From: an uncultured beta proteobacterium
GTDB lineage: Bacteria > Pseudomonadota > Gammaproteobacteria > Burkholderiales > Burkholderiaceae_C
DNA: 64,000 nt
Direction of reading: 5' to 3'
Assembly (NCBI GenBank): GCA_963774185.1
Contig: CAVZEK010000027.1
Coordinates: forward strand, 50,530-114,529
Part shown: positions 28,720-40,530 of the stretch, piece by piece
Position numbering within the stretch: position 1 is the stretch's first letter
Layout: each line of letters begins with the position of its first letter
The notes under the pieces: generated by a model
What the model saw: only the letters and a program-made list of their open reading frames with translations
Database searches by the model: none
What the model was told of the DNA's origin: nothing
Position numbers and translations under genes: made by a program

Positions 28720-30795
28720 TCAGGCCAAGGCCTCGGCCAGCACCCTGGCCAACTCGACACGTCGCAGTGGCTTGGTCAGCACACGCGTGACCCCCGCCGA
28801 GGCAGCGCGCTGGGCCAGCAGTGCGCCGCCGTAGCCGCTGACCAGCAGCACCGGCATCTCGGGCGCGAACACCCGCAGGGCCCGCGTGAGCTCGATGCCG
28901 CTCAGGCCAGGCATCACCTCGTCGAGGATGACGGCGGCGAAGCTCTGCGCGCGCGCGCGCAACGCCAGCAGCGCGGCGGCGGGATCGATGGTGCCCTCGG
29001 GCTCGTAGCCGAGGCCCTGAAGCATCTCGACGGCGAGGCCGACCAAGTCGGGTTCATCATCGACCACCAGCAGCCGCTGCCCGGCCCCTCGCATCGAGGC
29101 ACTCAGCATCGAGTCGGCAGCGCCGAGCGGCTCCGTGCACTCCGGCAAATACAGCGTGAAGCGCGCACCGCGACCCGGGCTGCTCTTCACATCGATCGCA
29201 CCGCCGACCTCGACCACCACACCATGCACCACGGCCAGGCCCAAGCCGGTGCCCGACTGCGCACGACGCGTCGTGAAGAACGGCTCGAACAGGTGCTCCA
29301 TCACGTTGGGCGTGATGCCGCTACCCTGGTCTGCCACCGTCAGCACCAGATAGTCGCCGGCCACCAGTGCGCTGTGCGAGAGCACCCGCGGTGCCGGCAC
29401 GTGCTCGCGCCGCAAGCGAACGCTCAACATGCCACCCTGCGGCATGGCCTGCATCGCGTTGGTACATAGGTTCGTGACGGCTTCAAAGGCCTGTGTGGGA
29501 TCGCCGCGCAGGCGCGCGCCATCGGCCTCGAGCGCGTGCTCCAGCACGACGCCGGGCCGCAACGACGCCGCCAGCAGGCCGAGCACTTCTTCGACCACCG
29601 GTGCCAGTTCGAACACCGCCGACGTGCGTGCGCCGCCGCGGCTGAACGCGAGGATGCGTTCGATCAGCGCCTTGCCGCGTGAGGCCGCTTGCAGCACTTT
29701 GTCGAGATGCCGTGCCTGGTCGCTGCCTGGCGGTGCGGCGTCGTGCGCCATCTCGCCGAATCCGACGATGCTCGCGAGCACATTGTTGAAGTCGTGCGCC
29801 ACGCCGCCGGCGAGCGTGCCCAGCGACTCGAGCTTGCTTGAGCGCGCGAGCTGCGCCTGCAGCGCCAGCTGGGCCTCGTCGCGGCGGCGATCGGCAAGCT
29901 GAACCAGGTAGACAGGCGCCGCCATGCTGGCGAGCAGCAGGGCCAGCGCAATGCCGGCGCCCTCGGCCGACTGGCGCCAGGACATCAGCACCGCCGACAT
30001 GTCGCGCGAGACGAACACCTTGATGTCGTAGCGTGCAATGTCGTGCAGCGCCACCAGGTTCTCGCTGCTGTCCAGGAACTCGCGCATTTCCATGTCGGGC
30101 CGATTGGCCAGCCGCTGTGCCACGCCGGCTTCGTCGAGCGTCGGCGGCGCCACGTTGGCACCGGCCAGGCGCACGCCGTCACTGCGGAACACCGCCATGC
30201 GCGCGTCAGCGGCCGGCAACGCCGCACCAAAGGCACCCAGCAGGGTGCTTGCCGGCAGCGCTGCAAAGATCCAGCCGTCCGACGTGCCTGGCGCGTCGCT
30301 CATGCGAATGGCCAGCGCCACCATCGGCTCCTTTGCGCCCGAGACCCGGAACGGGCGACTCAACGAAATCGCATCAGCGGCGAGCTTGTCCAGCGCCGGC
30401 GAGAACGTCGCCAGATCGGGGGCGGCTGTTGCGTCCGACGCGGCGATCACGCGCCCGCCACGGTCCACCAGCCACAGCGTCTCGACCAGCGGCATCAGGT
30501 CGGCGCGCGTGTGCAGCGATGGCGTGGCCTGCGCCCCGGTCACCGGCAGGCGACCTTCGTGCAACTCGGCCCGCATGGCGTACAGGCCCTCTTGCGCGCC
30601 GCGCAGGCCGCGGTCGATCTCGTCGGTCAATGCGAGCGACAGCAAGCCAAGTTCGCGCGTCTGGCTGCGCACGGCATCGCGCCGCAGGTGCCACAGTGAG
30701 AGGCACGCGACCGCGGCGATCGACAACCACAGCGCCAGTGCAATCAGCCACGGTCTGTGGGGCTTGCTGGAGCGCGGCTGCACGTCAGGATCCAT
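28720..30795 (-). CDS. hybrid sensor histidine kinase / response regulator
   Basis: N-terminal TM segment and periplasmic-type domain. H-box HDFNNVLASIVGF, ATPase boxes (GTGLGLAVVHG, SSPGRGARFTLYLP) and a C-terminal receiver (RLLVVDDEPDLV). Confidence 0.8.
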   Translation of the reverse strand: MDPDVQPRSSKPHRPWLIALALWLSIAAVACLSLWHLRRDAVRSQTRELGLLSLALTDEIDRGLRGAQEGLYAMRAELHEGRLPVTGAQATPSLHTRADLMPLVETLWLVDRGGRVIAASDATAAPDLATFSPALDKLAADAISLSRPFRVSGAKEPMVALAIRMSDAPGTSDGWIFAALPASTLLGAFGAALPAADARMAVFRSDGVRLAGANVAPPTLDEAGVAQRLANRPDMEMREFLDSSENLVALHDIARYDIKVFVSRDMSAVLMSWRQSAEGAGIALALLLASMAAPVYLVQLADRRRDEAQLALQAQLARSSKLESLGTLAGGVAHDFNNVLASIVGFGEMAHDAAPPGSDQARHLDKVLQAASRGKALIERILAFSRGGARTSAVFELAPVVEEVLGLLAASLRPGVVLEHALEADGARLRGDPTQAFEAVTNLCTNAMQAMPQGGMLSVRLRREHVPAPRVLSHSALVAGDYLVLTVADQGSGITPNVMEHLFEPFFTTRRAQSGTGLGLAVVHGVVVEVGGAIDVKSSPGRGARFTLYLPECTEPLGAADSMLSASMRGAGQRLLVVDDEPDLVGLAVEMLQGLGYEPEGTIDPAAALLALRARAQSFAAVILDEVMPGLSGIELTRALRVFAPEMPVLLVSGYGGALLAQRAASAGVTRVLTKPLRRVELARVLAEALA

Positions 30796-30938
30796 GCGTT
30801 GGATTGGCCGACCGCAACACTACCTCATCGTCGGCCGCACCGAGCAGGCCGGCGATGTGTGCGTTCGACTGGCGACGGCGCTGTGTCGCGTGCCGTGCAT
30901 GCGCTACGATCTTCGGCAGTGCCACGCCAACGGTGTCG

Positions 30939-31697
30939 ATGCGGCGTGCGCGCAACGAAGCCGTGAGCGCCAGCTCTCTTTGCCCACATGTGCTCGTGGT
31001 CGACGACGACCCCGACGTTCTCGAGCTGGTGGTCGAGTACCTGGGCAAAAACGACATGCGTGTCAGCGCGGCAAGGTCCGGGCGCGAGATGTTCGATCTG
31101 TTCGAAAGGGAAGCGATCGACCTGGTGCTGCTGGACCTGAAGCTGCCCGGAGAAGACGGCATGCAATTGGCTCGCGCTCTGCGCGAGCGCGCCACCGTGC
31201 CGATCGTGGTGTTGACCGGCCGCAACGAGGAAGCTGACCGCGTCATGGGCCTGGAACTCGGCGCGGACGACTATGTCACCAAGCCGTTCAGCCCCCGCGA
31301 GTTGCTGGCCCGCGTGCGTGCCGTGATGCGGCGTTATCAGGTGCAAGCCACCCTGCCCGAGCGCGACAACAGGCGCCGTGCGTTTCGCTTCTCGGGCTGG
31401 GAGCTGAATCTGCGCACGCGCCGCCTGCTGTCCCCCGATGGGGCCTCGGTGGACCTGTCCAACGGTGAATTCAGCTTGCTCGCCGCGCTGTGCCGGGCGC
31501 CTCAGCGTGTGTTGTCACGTGACCAGCTGCTGTCCATGTCACGGCTGCACGAGGCCGAGGTTTACGACCGCACGGTCGACGTGCAGATCCGACGGCTTCG
31601 GCTCAAACTGGAGGCGGACAAGGCGAATCCGGCGCTGATCGTCACCGAGCGCGGAGTCGGCTACCGACTGGCCAGCCACGTGGAAACACTGTACTGA
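30939..31697 (+). CDS. OmpR/PhoB-family response regulator
   Basis: Receiver HVLVVDDDPDVLEL...DLVLLDLKLPGEDG plus wHTH TVDVQIRRLRLKLE...VTERGVGYRL. The start is uncertain (ATG 30939 or a downstream GTG). Confidence 0.8.
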   Translation: MRRARNEAVSASSLCPHVLVVDDDPDVLELVVEYLGKNDMRVSAARSGREMFDLFEREAIDLVLLDLKLPGEDGMQLARALRERATVPIVVLTGRNEEADRVMGLELGADDYVTKPFSPRELLARVRAVMRRYQVQATLPERDNRRRAFRFSGWELNLRTRRLLSPDGASVDLSNGEFSLLAALCRAPQRVLSRDQLLSMSRLHEAEVYDRTVDVQIRRLRLKLEADKANPALIVTERGVGYRLASHVETLY

Positions 31698-31758
31698 CCC
31701 CGGGGCCTGTGGTGCTGGCCACCGGCGCGGCCAGCGGCGAGCAAACCCCCTGTCGAAG

Positions 31759-32725
31759 TCAGCAACCCGCCGTGCACTTGCCGGCGCGTCGAACTCCATC
31801 GTCTTGCCGGACAGCGGGACGTGCACCGGCACCTTCACGGCCTTCATGAAGGCCTCGGTCTTGCTGCCCGGGCGCACCTTGCCGTTCACGGTGCCGACCT
31901 CGTTCGCGTGCGAGGCGATCACCGACGCGGGCTTCACGAGGTCGTTGATCACGTAGGCGGCCTCGACCGGCCCGGTGGTGAAGCCGTCGCCGATGTTCAT
32001 GACGGCGAGCTTCGCGTCGTAGTGGTCGCGCACGACCAGCTCCTGGTCGGCGATGATGCCGGTGTCGCCCGAGAGGTAGGCCACCAGCCCGTTGCTGAAC
32101 GCGAGCACGTAGCCGGTGGCCAGGCCCACGTCGCCGGCGATGCCCGCCTCCTTCATCGCCTTGCCGAGGTCGCCGCCGATGTAGTCGGGATCGAGGCCGT
32201 TGCTGTGCAGCGCCGTGACCGTGGCGATGCGCACGCCGCCCACGGTCACGCTGCCGCCGAAGCGCGCGAGGATCGAGTTGGCCGGGATCGCCGCCGTTGG
32301 CCTTGAGCTTGGCCGCGAAGAACGGCGGCATCTCGCTGCCGGTCACGATCTTCGACTTCTTGGCGAGCGCGATGTTCACCGCGTTGGAGTTGGGCATGCG
32401 CCGACACCGACATGTCCGGCTTGTCGCAGCTGCCCGAGTTCGGCGCCTTGTTGTGCGCGTTGCCCACGTGGTCGCCGTGCATGTGGCTCACCAGGATGAT
32501 GTCGATCTTGCCCAGCCGCGGATCAGCCGCGCCGGCGACGGTGCGGCCCGGGTCGTAGAGGATGCGCGTGCCGTTGGGGTCCTCGAAGACCAGCGCGCGA
32601 TCCTGCGGGCAGAACTCGCCGTCGATGCCGCCCAGCGGCGTCACCTTCACGGTCTGGGCCAGAGCGGGAAAGGTCAATGCGGCGCCGAAGACGCCCACGG
32701 CTGCGATCCAGGTCGAACGATTCAT
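31759..32725 (-). pseudogene. secreted MBL-fold metallo-hydrolase with three frame changes (~32398, ~32297, ~31795)
   Basis: Signal peptide and HMHGDHVG in track ORF 32246..32752. It continues as MPNSNAVNIALAKKSKIVTGSEMPPFFAAKLKANGG in ORF 31759..32397, then NSILARFGGSVTVGGVRIATVTALHSNG...SHANEVGT in ORF 31539..32249. The probable C-terminus is AGKCTAGC*. Confidence 0.65.
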
Positions 32726-32865
32726 GGAGTCTCCATCTGTTGTTTCTGCCAATAGCCATGCAAGCTACCACCGTCGCGCCATCGGCATCAACGGGGGATG
32801 CGCTCGGGTCTAACCTCTTTGTGGCACCTGCTCATCCGTGGCGCACTCGCTCGACCCTTTGTGGA

Positions 32866-33951
32866 TCACGCGCGCAGCCCGCGCACCACGGCCCGCGTCA
32901 TCGTGGCGGTATTGCCCTTGCCGCGGATGTCGCCGGTGCGCGACCGCGGGTCGGCCAGGGCTGCGGTGATGGCACCCGACATCGCAGCAGCCATGCGAAC
33001 CGCGCCTTCGTTGCCGCGGCGGTGCCCGAGCCAGTCGAACATCATCCGGGTCGAATCCATCATGGCGTACGGGTTGGCGAGGCCCCTGCCCGCGATGTCG
33101 GGCGCCGAACCGTGCGTGGCCTGTGCCATCGCGACGTCGCCGTCACCGATGCACAGGCCCGGGGCCATGCCCAGGCCGCCGACCAGGCCGGCCGCTTCGT
33201 CGGACAGGATGTCGCCGAACATGTTCGTCGTGACCACCACGTCGAACGTCTGCGGGTCGCGCACCAGGCGCATCGCGAAGGTGTCCACGATCACGTCGTC
33301 GACCCGAACGTCGGGATAGTCAGCGGCGAGCTTGCGGCACTCTTCGACGAACATGCCGCAGCCCAGTTTGAAGACGGTGTCCTTGTGCACGACCGTCAAG
33401 TGCTTGCGTCGCTGGCGCGCCAGCTCGAACGCGGCGCGCGCGACGCGGCGGCTGCCGGTGCGCGTGATCACGCGCACGGACAGCGTGATTTCGTCGGTGG
33501 GTCTGAACTCGCCCGATCCCAGCAGCATGTTGCGGTCGGGCTGAAAGCCTTCGTTGTTCTCGCGCACGATCACCAGGTCCACGTTGTCGTGCAGGCAGCC
33601 GATGTCGGGATACGAGCGCGTCGGCCGCACGTTGGCGAACAGGTTGAATCGCTTGCGCAGGATCGGATGCGGATTGATCGCGTTGGGCTGCTTCGGATAC
33701 GCGCGGTGGCCAATCGGCCCGAGGATCCAGCCGTCGAGCATCGTCAGCGCTTCGAGCGTCTCGGGCGGCAGCGTGTGGCTGTGCGTGTCGAGCGCGGCGC
33801 GGCCGATCGGCAGCGCACGCCAGTTGATCGCCACGCCGTAAAGGTCGGCGGCGGCGCGACTGATCTCGACCGCAGCCGGAACGATCTCGTGGCCGATGTC
33901 GTCGCCGAGGAGGATGCCGATGCGAAGCGGTGGCACGGGCGTGGCGTTCAT
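32866..33951 (-). CDS. isocitrate/isopropylmalate/tartrate dehydrogenase family enzyme
   Basis: Motifs NLFANVRP, VIVRENNEG and NMFGDILSDEAAGLVGGLGMAPG (family signature). Confidence 0.8.
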   Translation of the reverse strand: MNATPVPPLRIGILLGDDIGHEIVPAAVEISRAAADLYGVAINWRALPIGRAALDTHSHTLPPETLEALTMLDGWILGPIGHRAYPKQPNAINPHPILRKRFNLFANVRPTRSYPDIGCLHDNVDLVIVRENNEGFQPDRNMLLGSGEFRPTDEITLSVRVITRTGSRRVARAAFELARQRRKHLTVVHKDTVFKLGCGMFVEECRKLAADYPDVRVDDVIVDTFAMRLVRDPQTFDVVVTTNMFGDILSDEAAGLVGGLGMAPGLCIGDGDVAMAQATHGSAPDIAGRGLANPYAMMDSTRMMFDWLGHRRGNEGAVRMAAAMSGAITAALADPRSRTGDIRGKGNTATMTRAVVRGLRA

Positions 33952-33988
33952 CTACCAGTTCACCCCAAAAACGTGAGCCGTGGTGTTT

Positions 33989-34960
33989 TCATTCGATCTT
34001 GACCTTGGCGCTCTTGACCAGGTTGACCCAGAACTGGCCGTCGTCGGCGAGGAAGGCGTTGAACTGCTCGGGCGACGCCGACAGCGACACCTCGGTGCCC
34101 TCGCGGGCCAGCGCCGCCTTCACCGAGGGCTGCTGCATTGCGCTGACCGTGGCGTCGTAGATCTGCTTGACGATGGCCGCTGGCGTGCCCGCGGGCACGA
34201 ACATGCCGTACCAGAACTCGAGGTTGTATTCGGGCAGCCCCGCTTCCTTCATGCCGGGCAGACCCGGCACCAGCGCCGAGCGCTCGCGCGTGCTGACCGC
34301 GAGCGCAAGCAGCTTGCCGCCGTTGGCCTGGGGCAGCACCGTCGGCGACGTGCCGAAGGTGAGTTGGGTGTCGCCCGCCATCACCGACTGGATCGCCAGG
34401 CTGCCGCCGCGATACGGGATGTGCGTCATCTGCGCGCCGGTGAGCTGGCTGAAGAGCGCTGCGCCAAGGTGCGGCGCCGAGCCGTTGCCCGAGGTGGAGT
34501 AGTTGAGCTTGCCCGGGTCCTTCTTGGCGGCCGCGATCAACTCGGCCACCGAGTGGATGCCCGTGGCGGGGTTGACCGCGAGCACCAGCGGCGATGTCGT
34601 GATCTTGGTGACCGCGATCAAGTCCTTCGCCGTGTACGACAAGGCCGGATTGAGCGCCGGGTTGACCGAGATGCTGCTCGGGCTGGCGATCAGCAGCGTG
34701 TAGCCGTCCGGCGCTGACTTGGCCACCAGATCGGCGGCGATGCTCGAGCCGTTGCCCGGCTTGTTGTCGACCACCACCGTCTGGCCGAGCGCCTTGCCGA
34801 ATGCATCGCTCATCGCGCGAGCCACGGTGTCGGCCGCGCCGCCCGGCGCGAAGCCGATCACCAGCCGGATCGGCTTGCTCGGGTACGCAGCGGGCTGTGC
34901 GCTTGCGTGGCTGCCAAGTGCACCCACGGCGAGCGCCAGAGCCAGGCTCAGCACTTTCAT
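33989..34960 (-). CDS. Bug/TctC-family substrate-binding protein
   Basis: Signal peptide then YPSKPIRLVIGFAPGGAADTVARA. Confidence 0.8.
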   Translation of the reverse strand: MKVLSLALALAVGALGSHASAQPAAYPSKPIRLVIGFAPGGAADTVARAMSDAFGKALGQTVVVDNKPGNGSSIAADLVAKSAPDGYTLLIASPSSISVNPALNPALSYTAKDLIAVTKITTSPLVLAVNPATGIHSVAELIAAAKKDPGKLNYSTSGNGSAPHLGAALFSQLTGAQMTHIPYRGGSLAIQSVMAGDTQLTFGTSPTVLPQANGGKLLALAVSTRERSALVPGLPGMKEAGLPEYNLEFWYGMFVPAGTPAAIVKQIYDATVSAMQQPSVKAALAREGTEVSLSASPEQFNAFLADDGQFWVNLVKSAKVKIE

Positions 34961-34990
34961 GGTTGGACTCCCATTCGAATCGCGAGCAAG

Positions 34991-35963
34991 TCAATGTGCG
35001 ACCGGCATGCGCAGCGACGATCTTTCCGACATGGCTCGCGGCTTCCATGCGTGCCTTGGCCTCCTGCAGCCGCGCGAAGTCGAACACCTGGTCGATCCAC
35101 GGCTTGATGCGGCCGGTAGCGATGAGCGGCATCACGTCCGCGACAAAGCGCGGCACGGCGGCCGCTCGCTGCTCCTTGCTGCGCAGCTTGTTGGAGACGC
35201 CGAACAGCGTGAGCCGTCTGGCGTGCAGCGCTTCGAGGTCGATGTCGGCGTGCAGCACGCCGTCGACGTACCCCACGGTGGCGAGACGGCCTTCGAAGGC
35301 CAGCGCGCGAATGTTCTCGGCGAACACCGAGCCGCCGACGGTGTTGACGATGAGGTCGGCGCCATGCCGTTCGGTGGCCTCCATCACCGCGGTCGCAAAG
35401 TCGGCGGCACGCGTGCGCAGCGCGACGTCCAAGCCGAGCGGCGCCAGCAGCGCCAGCTTGTCCGCCGATCCCGAGGTGCCGATGATCTTCGCCCCCAGCA
35501 CTTTGCCCAGCTGCAGCGAGGCCACGCCCACACCCGACGACACGCCGTTGATCAGCAGCCACTCGCCGGCCTTGAGGCGGCCTTGCAGCACCAGCATGTC
35601 GTAGGCCACCAGGAAGGTCAGCGGGATGCTGGCGGCCGCTTCCCACGACAGGCCAGGCGGCATCGGGATGGCCTCGGCCCGTTCCATCAGCGCGTACTCG
35701 GAAAACGCGCCGGCGCAACGGCCCATCACACGGTCGCCCGGCTTGAAGCCAGTGACGCCGTCGCCGACCGCGACGACCTCGCCGGCACCTTCGCCGCCGA
35801 TGGCTTTCCACGTGCCGGCCTTGCCATGCAGGCCGTGGCCGAGCACGAACTCACCGCGATTCAACGCGGCAGCGTGCACACGCACCAGCAGCTGGCCCGT
35901 TGCCGGCTGCGGCAGCGGCGTGTCGCGCAATTCGAGCGCGGTGGCCGTGTCGGTCATCTGCAT
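34991..35963 (-). pseudogene. qor: NADPH:quinone oxidoreductase (zinc-type MDR family) with one extra base at 35015, near the 3' end
   Basis: Typical MDR sequence (GEGAGEVVAVGDGVTGFKPGDRV, INGVSSGVGVASLQL). Removing base 35015 gives ...HVGKIVLRMPVAH* with the stop at 34991-34993. As it stands, the frame runs on through the Bug gene as a 715-aa track ORF. Confidence 0.7.
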
Positions 35964-36033
35964 CCACCAGGATTGCATCGGCGCGTTCCTAGCGGCCGCC
36001 GAAGACCGGCTCGCGTTCAGGCATGGCGTGACC

Positions 36034-37002
36034 TCATTCCTCGAGTTGGATGTTGCGCGCCTTGGCCAGAGCAGTCCAACGGGTGATCTCGGCGCGGATG
36101 TACTCACCGAACTGTTGCGGCGTCATCGGCCACGGCTCGACGGCCTCGGCCGCGAGCTTGTCGCGCAGATCGGGCGTCTGCAGCACCGCCACTTGCGTGT
36201 CGTTCAGACGCTTGACCACTTCAGGCGAAATGCCTGCGGGGCCGACCGAGCCATACCACTGCATCGCATCGAAACCCTGGAAGCCGACCTCTTCCATCGT
36301 GGGCACATCCTTGAGCTGCGCGCTGCGCGCCTTGCCCGTCACGGCCAGCGCGCGCATGCGGCCCGAGCGCAGGTGCGGCAGCGCCGCGGCCAGGCCCGGG
36401 AACATCGCCTGGGTCTGCCCGCCCAGCAGGTCGTTGATCGCCGGCGCAATGCCGCGGTACGGCACGTGCACGATGAACACCCCGGTCTCCTGCTTGAAGA
36501 GCTCCATCGTCAAGTGCGTCAGCGAGCCCGGCCCCGCAGATCCGTAGCTCAACTTGCCCGGATTGCGCTTGGCGTAGTCGATGAAATCCTTCACCGACTG
36601 CACGGGCAGGCTGGCGTTGACGACCAGCGCGTTGGGTGTCGCGCCGATCATCCCGATCGGCGTGAACTGCTTGATCGGGTCGTAGGGGATGTGGCGCGTC
36701 GCGGGCGTCGTGCCGTGCGTGGCCACGTAGCCTTGCATCAGCGTGTAGCCATCGGGCGCGGCGCGCGCAGTGGTCTGACTGGCGATGACCCCGCCGCCGC
36801 CACTCTGGTTGTCGACGACGAACGGCTGGCCGAGCAGTGCACCCCATCGCTCGGTGACCACGCGCGCGATCATGTCGTTGCCGCCACCGGCAGCCACCGG
36901 CACGATGTAGCGAATCGGCTTGGCGGGATACGACTGCGCAAAGCCCGCGCTGGGCATTGCGACGGCAGCCGAGGCTGCCTGCAGCAGTGCACGGCGTTTC
37001 AT
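36034..37002 (-). CDS. Bug/TctC-family substrate-binding protein
   Basis: MKRRALLQAASAAVAMPSAGFAQSYPAKPIRYIVPVAAGGGNDMIARV. Start at the internal ATG 37002. Confidence 0.8.
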   Translation of the reverse strand: MKRRALLQAASAAVAMPSAGFAQSYPAKPIRYIVPVAAGGGNDMIARVVTERWGALLGQPFVVDNQSGGGGVIASQTTARAAPDGYTLMQGYVATHGTTPATRHIPYDPIKQFTPIGMIGATPNALVVNASLPVQSVKDFIDYAKRNPGKLSYGSAGPGSLTHLTMELFKQETGVFIVHVPYRGIAPAINDLLGGQTQAMFPGLAAALPHLRSGRMRALAVTGKARSAQLKDVPTMEEVGFQGFDAMQWYGSVGPAGISPEVVKRLNDTQVAVLQTPDLRDKLAAEAVEPWPMTPQQFGEYIRAEITRWTALAKARNIQLEE

Positions 37003-37086
37003 GCTGTCTCCTGTCGTTGTGCGGCGTATGGTGGTGTCGGTGGATTCGCCTGTAAAGTGCAAGTTTCCGAGCGACTATTGCAATCC

Positions 37087-38037
37087 ATGCAACCGAAGCC
37101 GGCGATCCCGGGCCAGGCTGCGACGCCGGCGAGAGCGCCCGCGCTGGCCGACCTGCGCGCGTTCACCACGGCCGCCGAGCTGCGCAGCTTTGCCGCGGCT
37201 GCGAAGCTGCTTCACCTGTCGTTGCCGGCCTTCTCGCGCCGCATCTCGAACCTGGAGGCACGCCTGGGCGTGCGGCTGTTCGACCGCACGACGCGCAGCG
37301 TGGAACTCACCGTGCTGGGAGCGCGCTTCGGGCGCGAGATCACCACCGTCGTCGATGCTCTCGACCGTTGCGTGCTCGGGCTGCGCGATGCGGCCCAGCT
37401 CGAGGCCGGAGACGTGACCATCGGCTGCGTGTTCTCGGCGGTTCACCACTTCCTGCCGGGCGTCATCCGCTCCTACCGCGAACGGCATCCCAACGTGCTC
37501 GTGCGCATCATCGAACAAGGGGCCGACGGTGTGTTTGCCGCCGTCAAGCACGGCGAGGCGGACTTCGGGATCAACTACATCGGCATGCAGGAGTCCGACG
37601 TCGATTTCACGCCGTTGCTGAAGGAGCCGTACGTGCTCGCTTGCCGCACGGACCACGCGCTCAGCACACGCCGCTCGGTGCGATGGGATGAACTCGCGGC
37701 CTGGGACCAGGTTCGCGTGTCGCAGGCGAGCCGCAACCGCATCTTCATCGACCAGGCGCTGGCCGAACTGCCCCCGTTGCCGCGGCCGGTGTGCGAGGTA
37801 CGCCACATATCCACATTGATCGGCCTCGTCGAGGCCGGATTGGGCGTGGCCATCGTGCCGAAACTGACGGTGCCGCCGCGGCCCGCCGCCGTCGTCGGTG
37901 TGCCGCTCGTGCCGGCGGTCCACCGCACCGTCGGCATCATCAGGCGGGCGGGTCGCACCGTGTCACCCGCCGCGGATGCCTTCGCGAAGCTCCTCGTGCA
38001 GGCCAGCCGAGCGAGCGAGCGCAAGCAGCGCCGATGA
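37087..38037 (+). CDS. LysR-family transcriptional regulator
   Basis: HTH LRAFTTAAELRSFAAAAKLLHLSLPAFSRRISNLEARLGVRLFDRTTRSVELT. Divergent from the Bug gene. Only the last 316 codons of track ORF 35626..38037 are real. Confidence 0.8.
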   Translation: MQPKPAIPGQAATPARAPALADLRAFTTAAELRSFAAAAKLLHLSLPAFSRRISNLEARLGVRLFDRTTRSVELTVLGARFGREITTVVDALDRCVLGLRDAAQLEAGDVTIGCVFSAVHHFLPGVIRSYRERHPNVLVRIIEQGADGVFAAVKHGEADFGINYIGMQESDVDFTPLLKEPYVLACRTDHALSTRRSVRWDELAAWDQVRVSQASRNRIFIDQALAELPPLPRPVCEVRHISTLIGLVEAGLGVAIVPKLTVPPRPAAVVGVPLVPAVHRTVGIIRRAGRTVSPAADAFAKLLVQASRASERKQRR

Positions 38038-38115
38038 GGCGTTTTTGAAGGCGCGTTCAGGTTTCCGTTGCGACGCGATCGTAGAGTGCGCATCGTCGTT
38101 CGATGCGAAAGCGCC

Positions 38116-38571
38116 ATGCGGTACACCAAAGCCCTGCCAGCCATCGCCTTGTTCTTCGCGGGCCTTGCCTGCGGAGGCTATCTGTTCGACGAGTCCGTGC
38201 CGCGATCGTTCCTTGCGCTGGGTGACTGCGGCGATCGCTGCTACAGCCTCACCGAGGTCGCCGGGTTGGTCGCATCGGTGGCGATTCTTCGAGTGCCGTT
38301 CGCGATCCCGAAGGTGGCGCTCGAGTCCGACACCTGCATCGCGTTGCGTCATCCCAAGCCGGAAGGGCGCGTCCACTACGTGCTGTTCCCGAAGCACGAT
38401 ACGCGCAACATCACCACCATGACCGAGCAGGATGGGCCGTTCGTGCTGGGGTGCTTCGCGCTGGCGCGCGAACTGGTGGCGCGCGACAAGTTGCAAAACT
38501 GGCGGTTGCTGACCAACGGGCCCACGCTGCAAGACGTGGCGTACCTGCACTTCCACCTGGTCGGACGCTGA
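38116..38571 (+). CDS. membrane-anchored HIT-like protein
   Basis: N-terminal TM segment (ALPAIALFFAGLACGGYLF) and a HIT-fold-like C-terminus ending YLHFHLVGR. This is an incomplete HxHxH triad. Confidence 0.4.
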   Translation: MRYTKALPAIALFFAGLACGGYLFDESVPRSFLALGDCGDRCYSLTEVAGLVASVAILRVPFAIPKVALESDTCIALRHPKPEGRVHYVLFPKHDTRNITTMTEQDGPFVLGCFALARELVARDKLQNWRLLTNGPTLQDVAYLHFHLVGR

Positions 38572-38694
38572 AGGGCGACCGCGAATTGCGGTTTGCCCAG
38601 TGCAGCAGTAGCATCCCGCGCCGTCGTGCACCCGATCCGTGCGCAGCCAGCGCTGAGCAAAGCTGAATAAGAGCTGAACAAAGAGGGGAAAGCC

Positions 38695-40509
<1,815 letters not shown>

Positions 40510-40530
40510 GTGTGCCTCGCGAGTTGCGGC

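Noticed and set aside
35626-38037. 803-aa ORF ending in the LysR regulator (similarly 30033..31697, a 554-aa ORF ending in the response regulator)
   Set aside because: Only the last ~316 and ~252 codons respectively are the real genes. The upstream parts are antisense to qor and the Bug gene, or to the histidine kinase, and are low-complexity.
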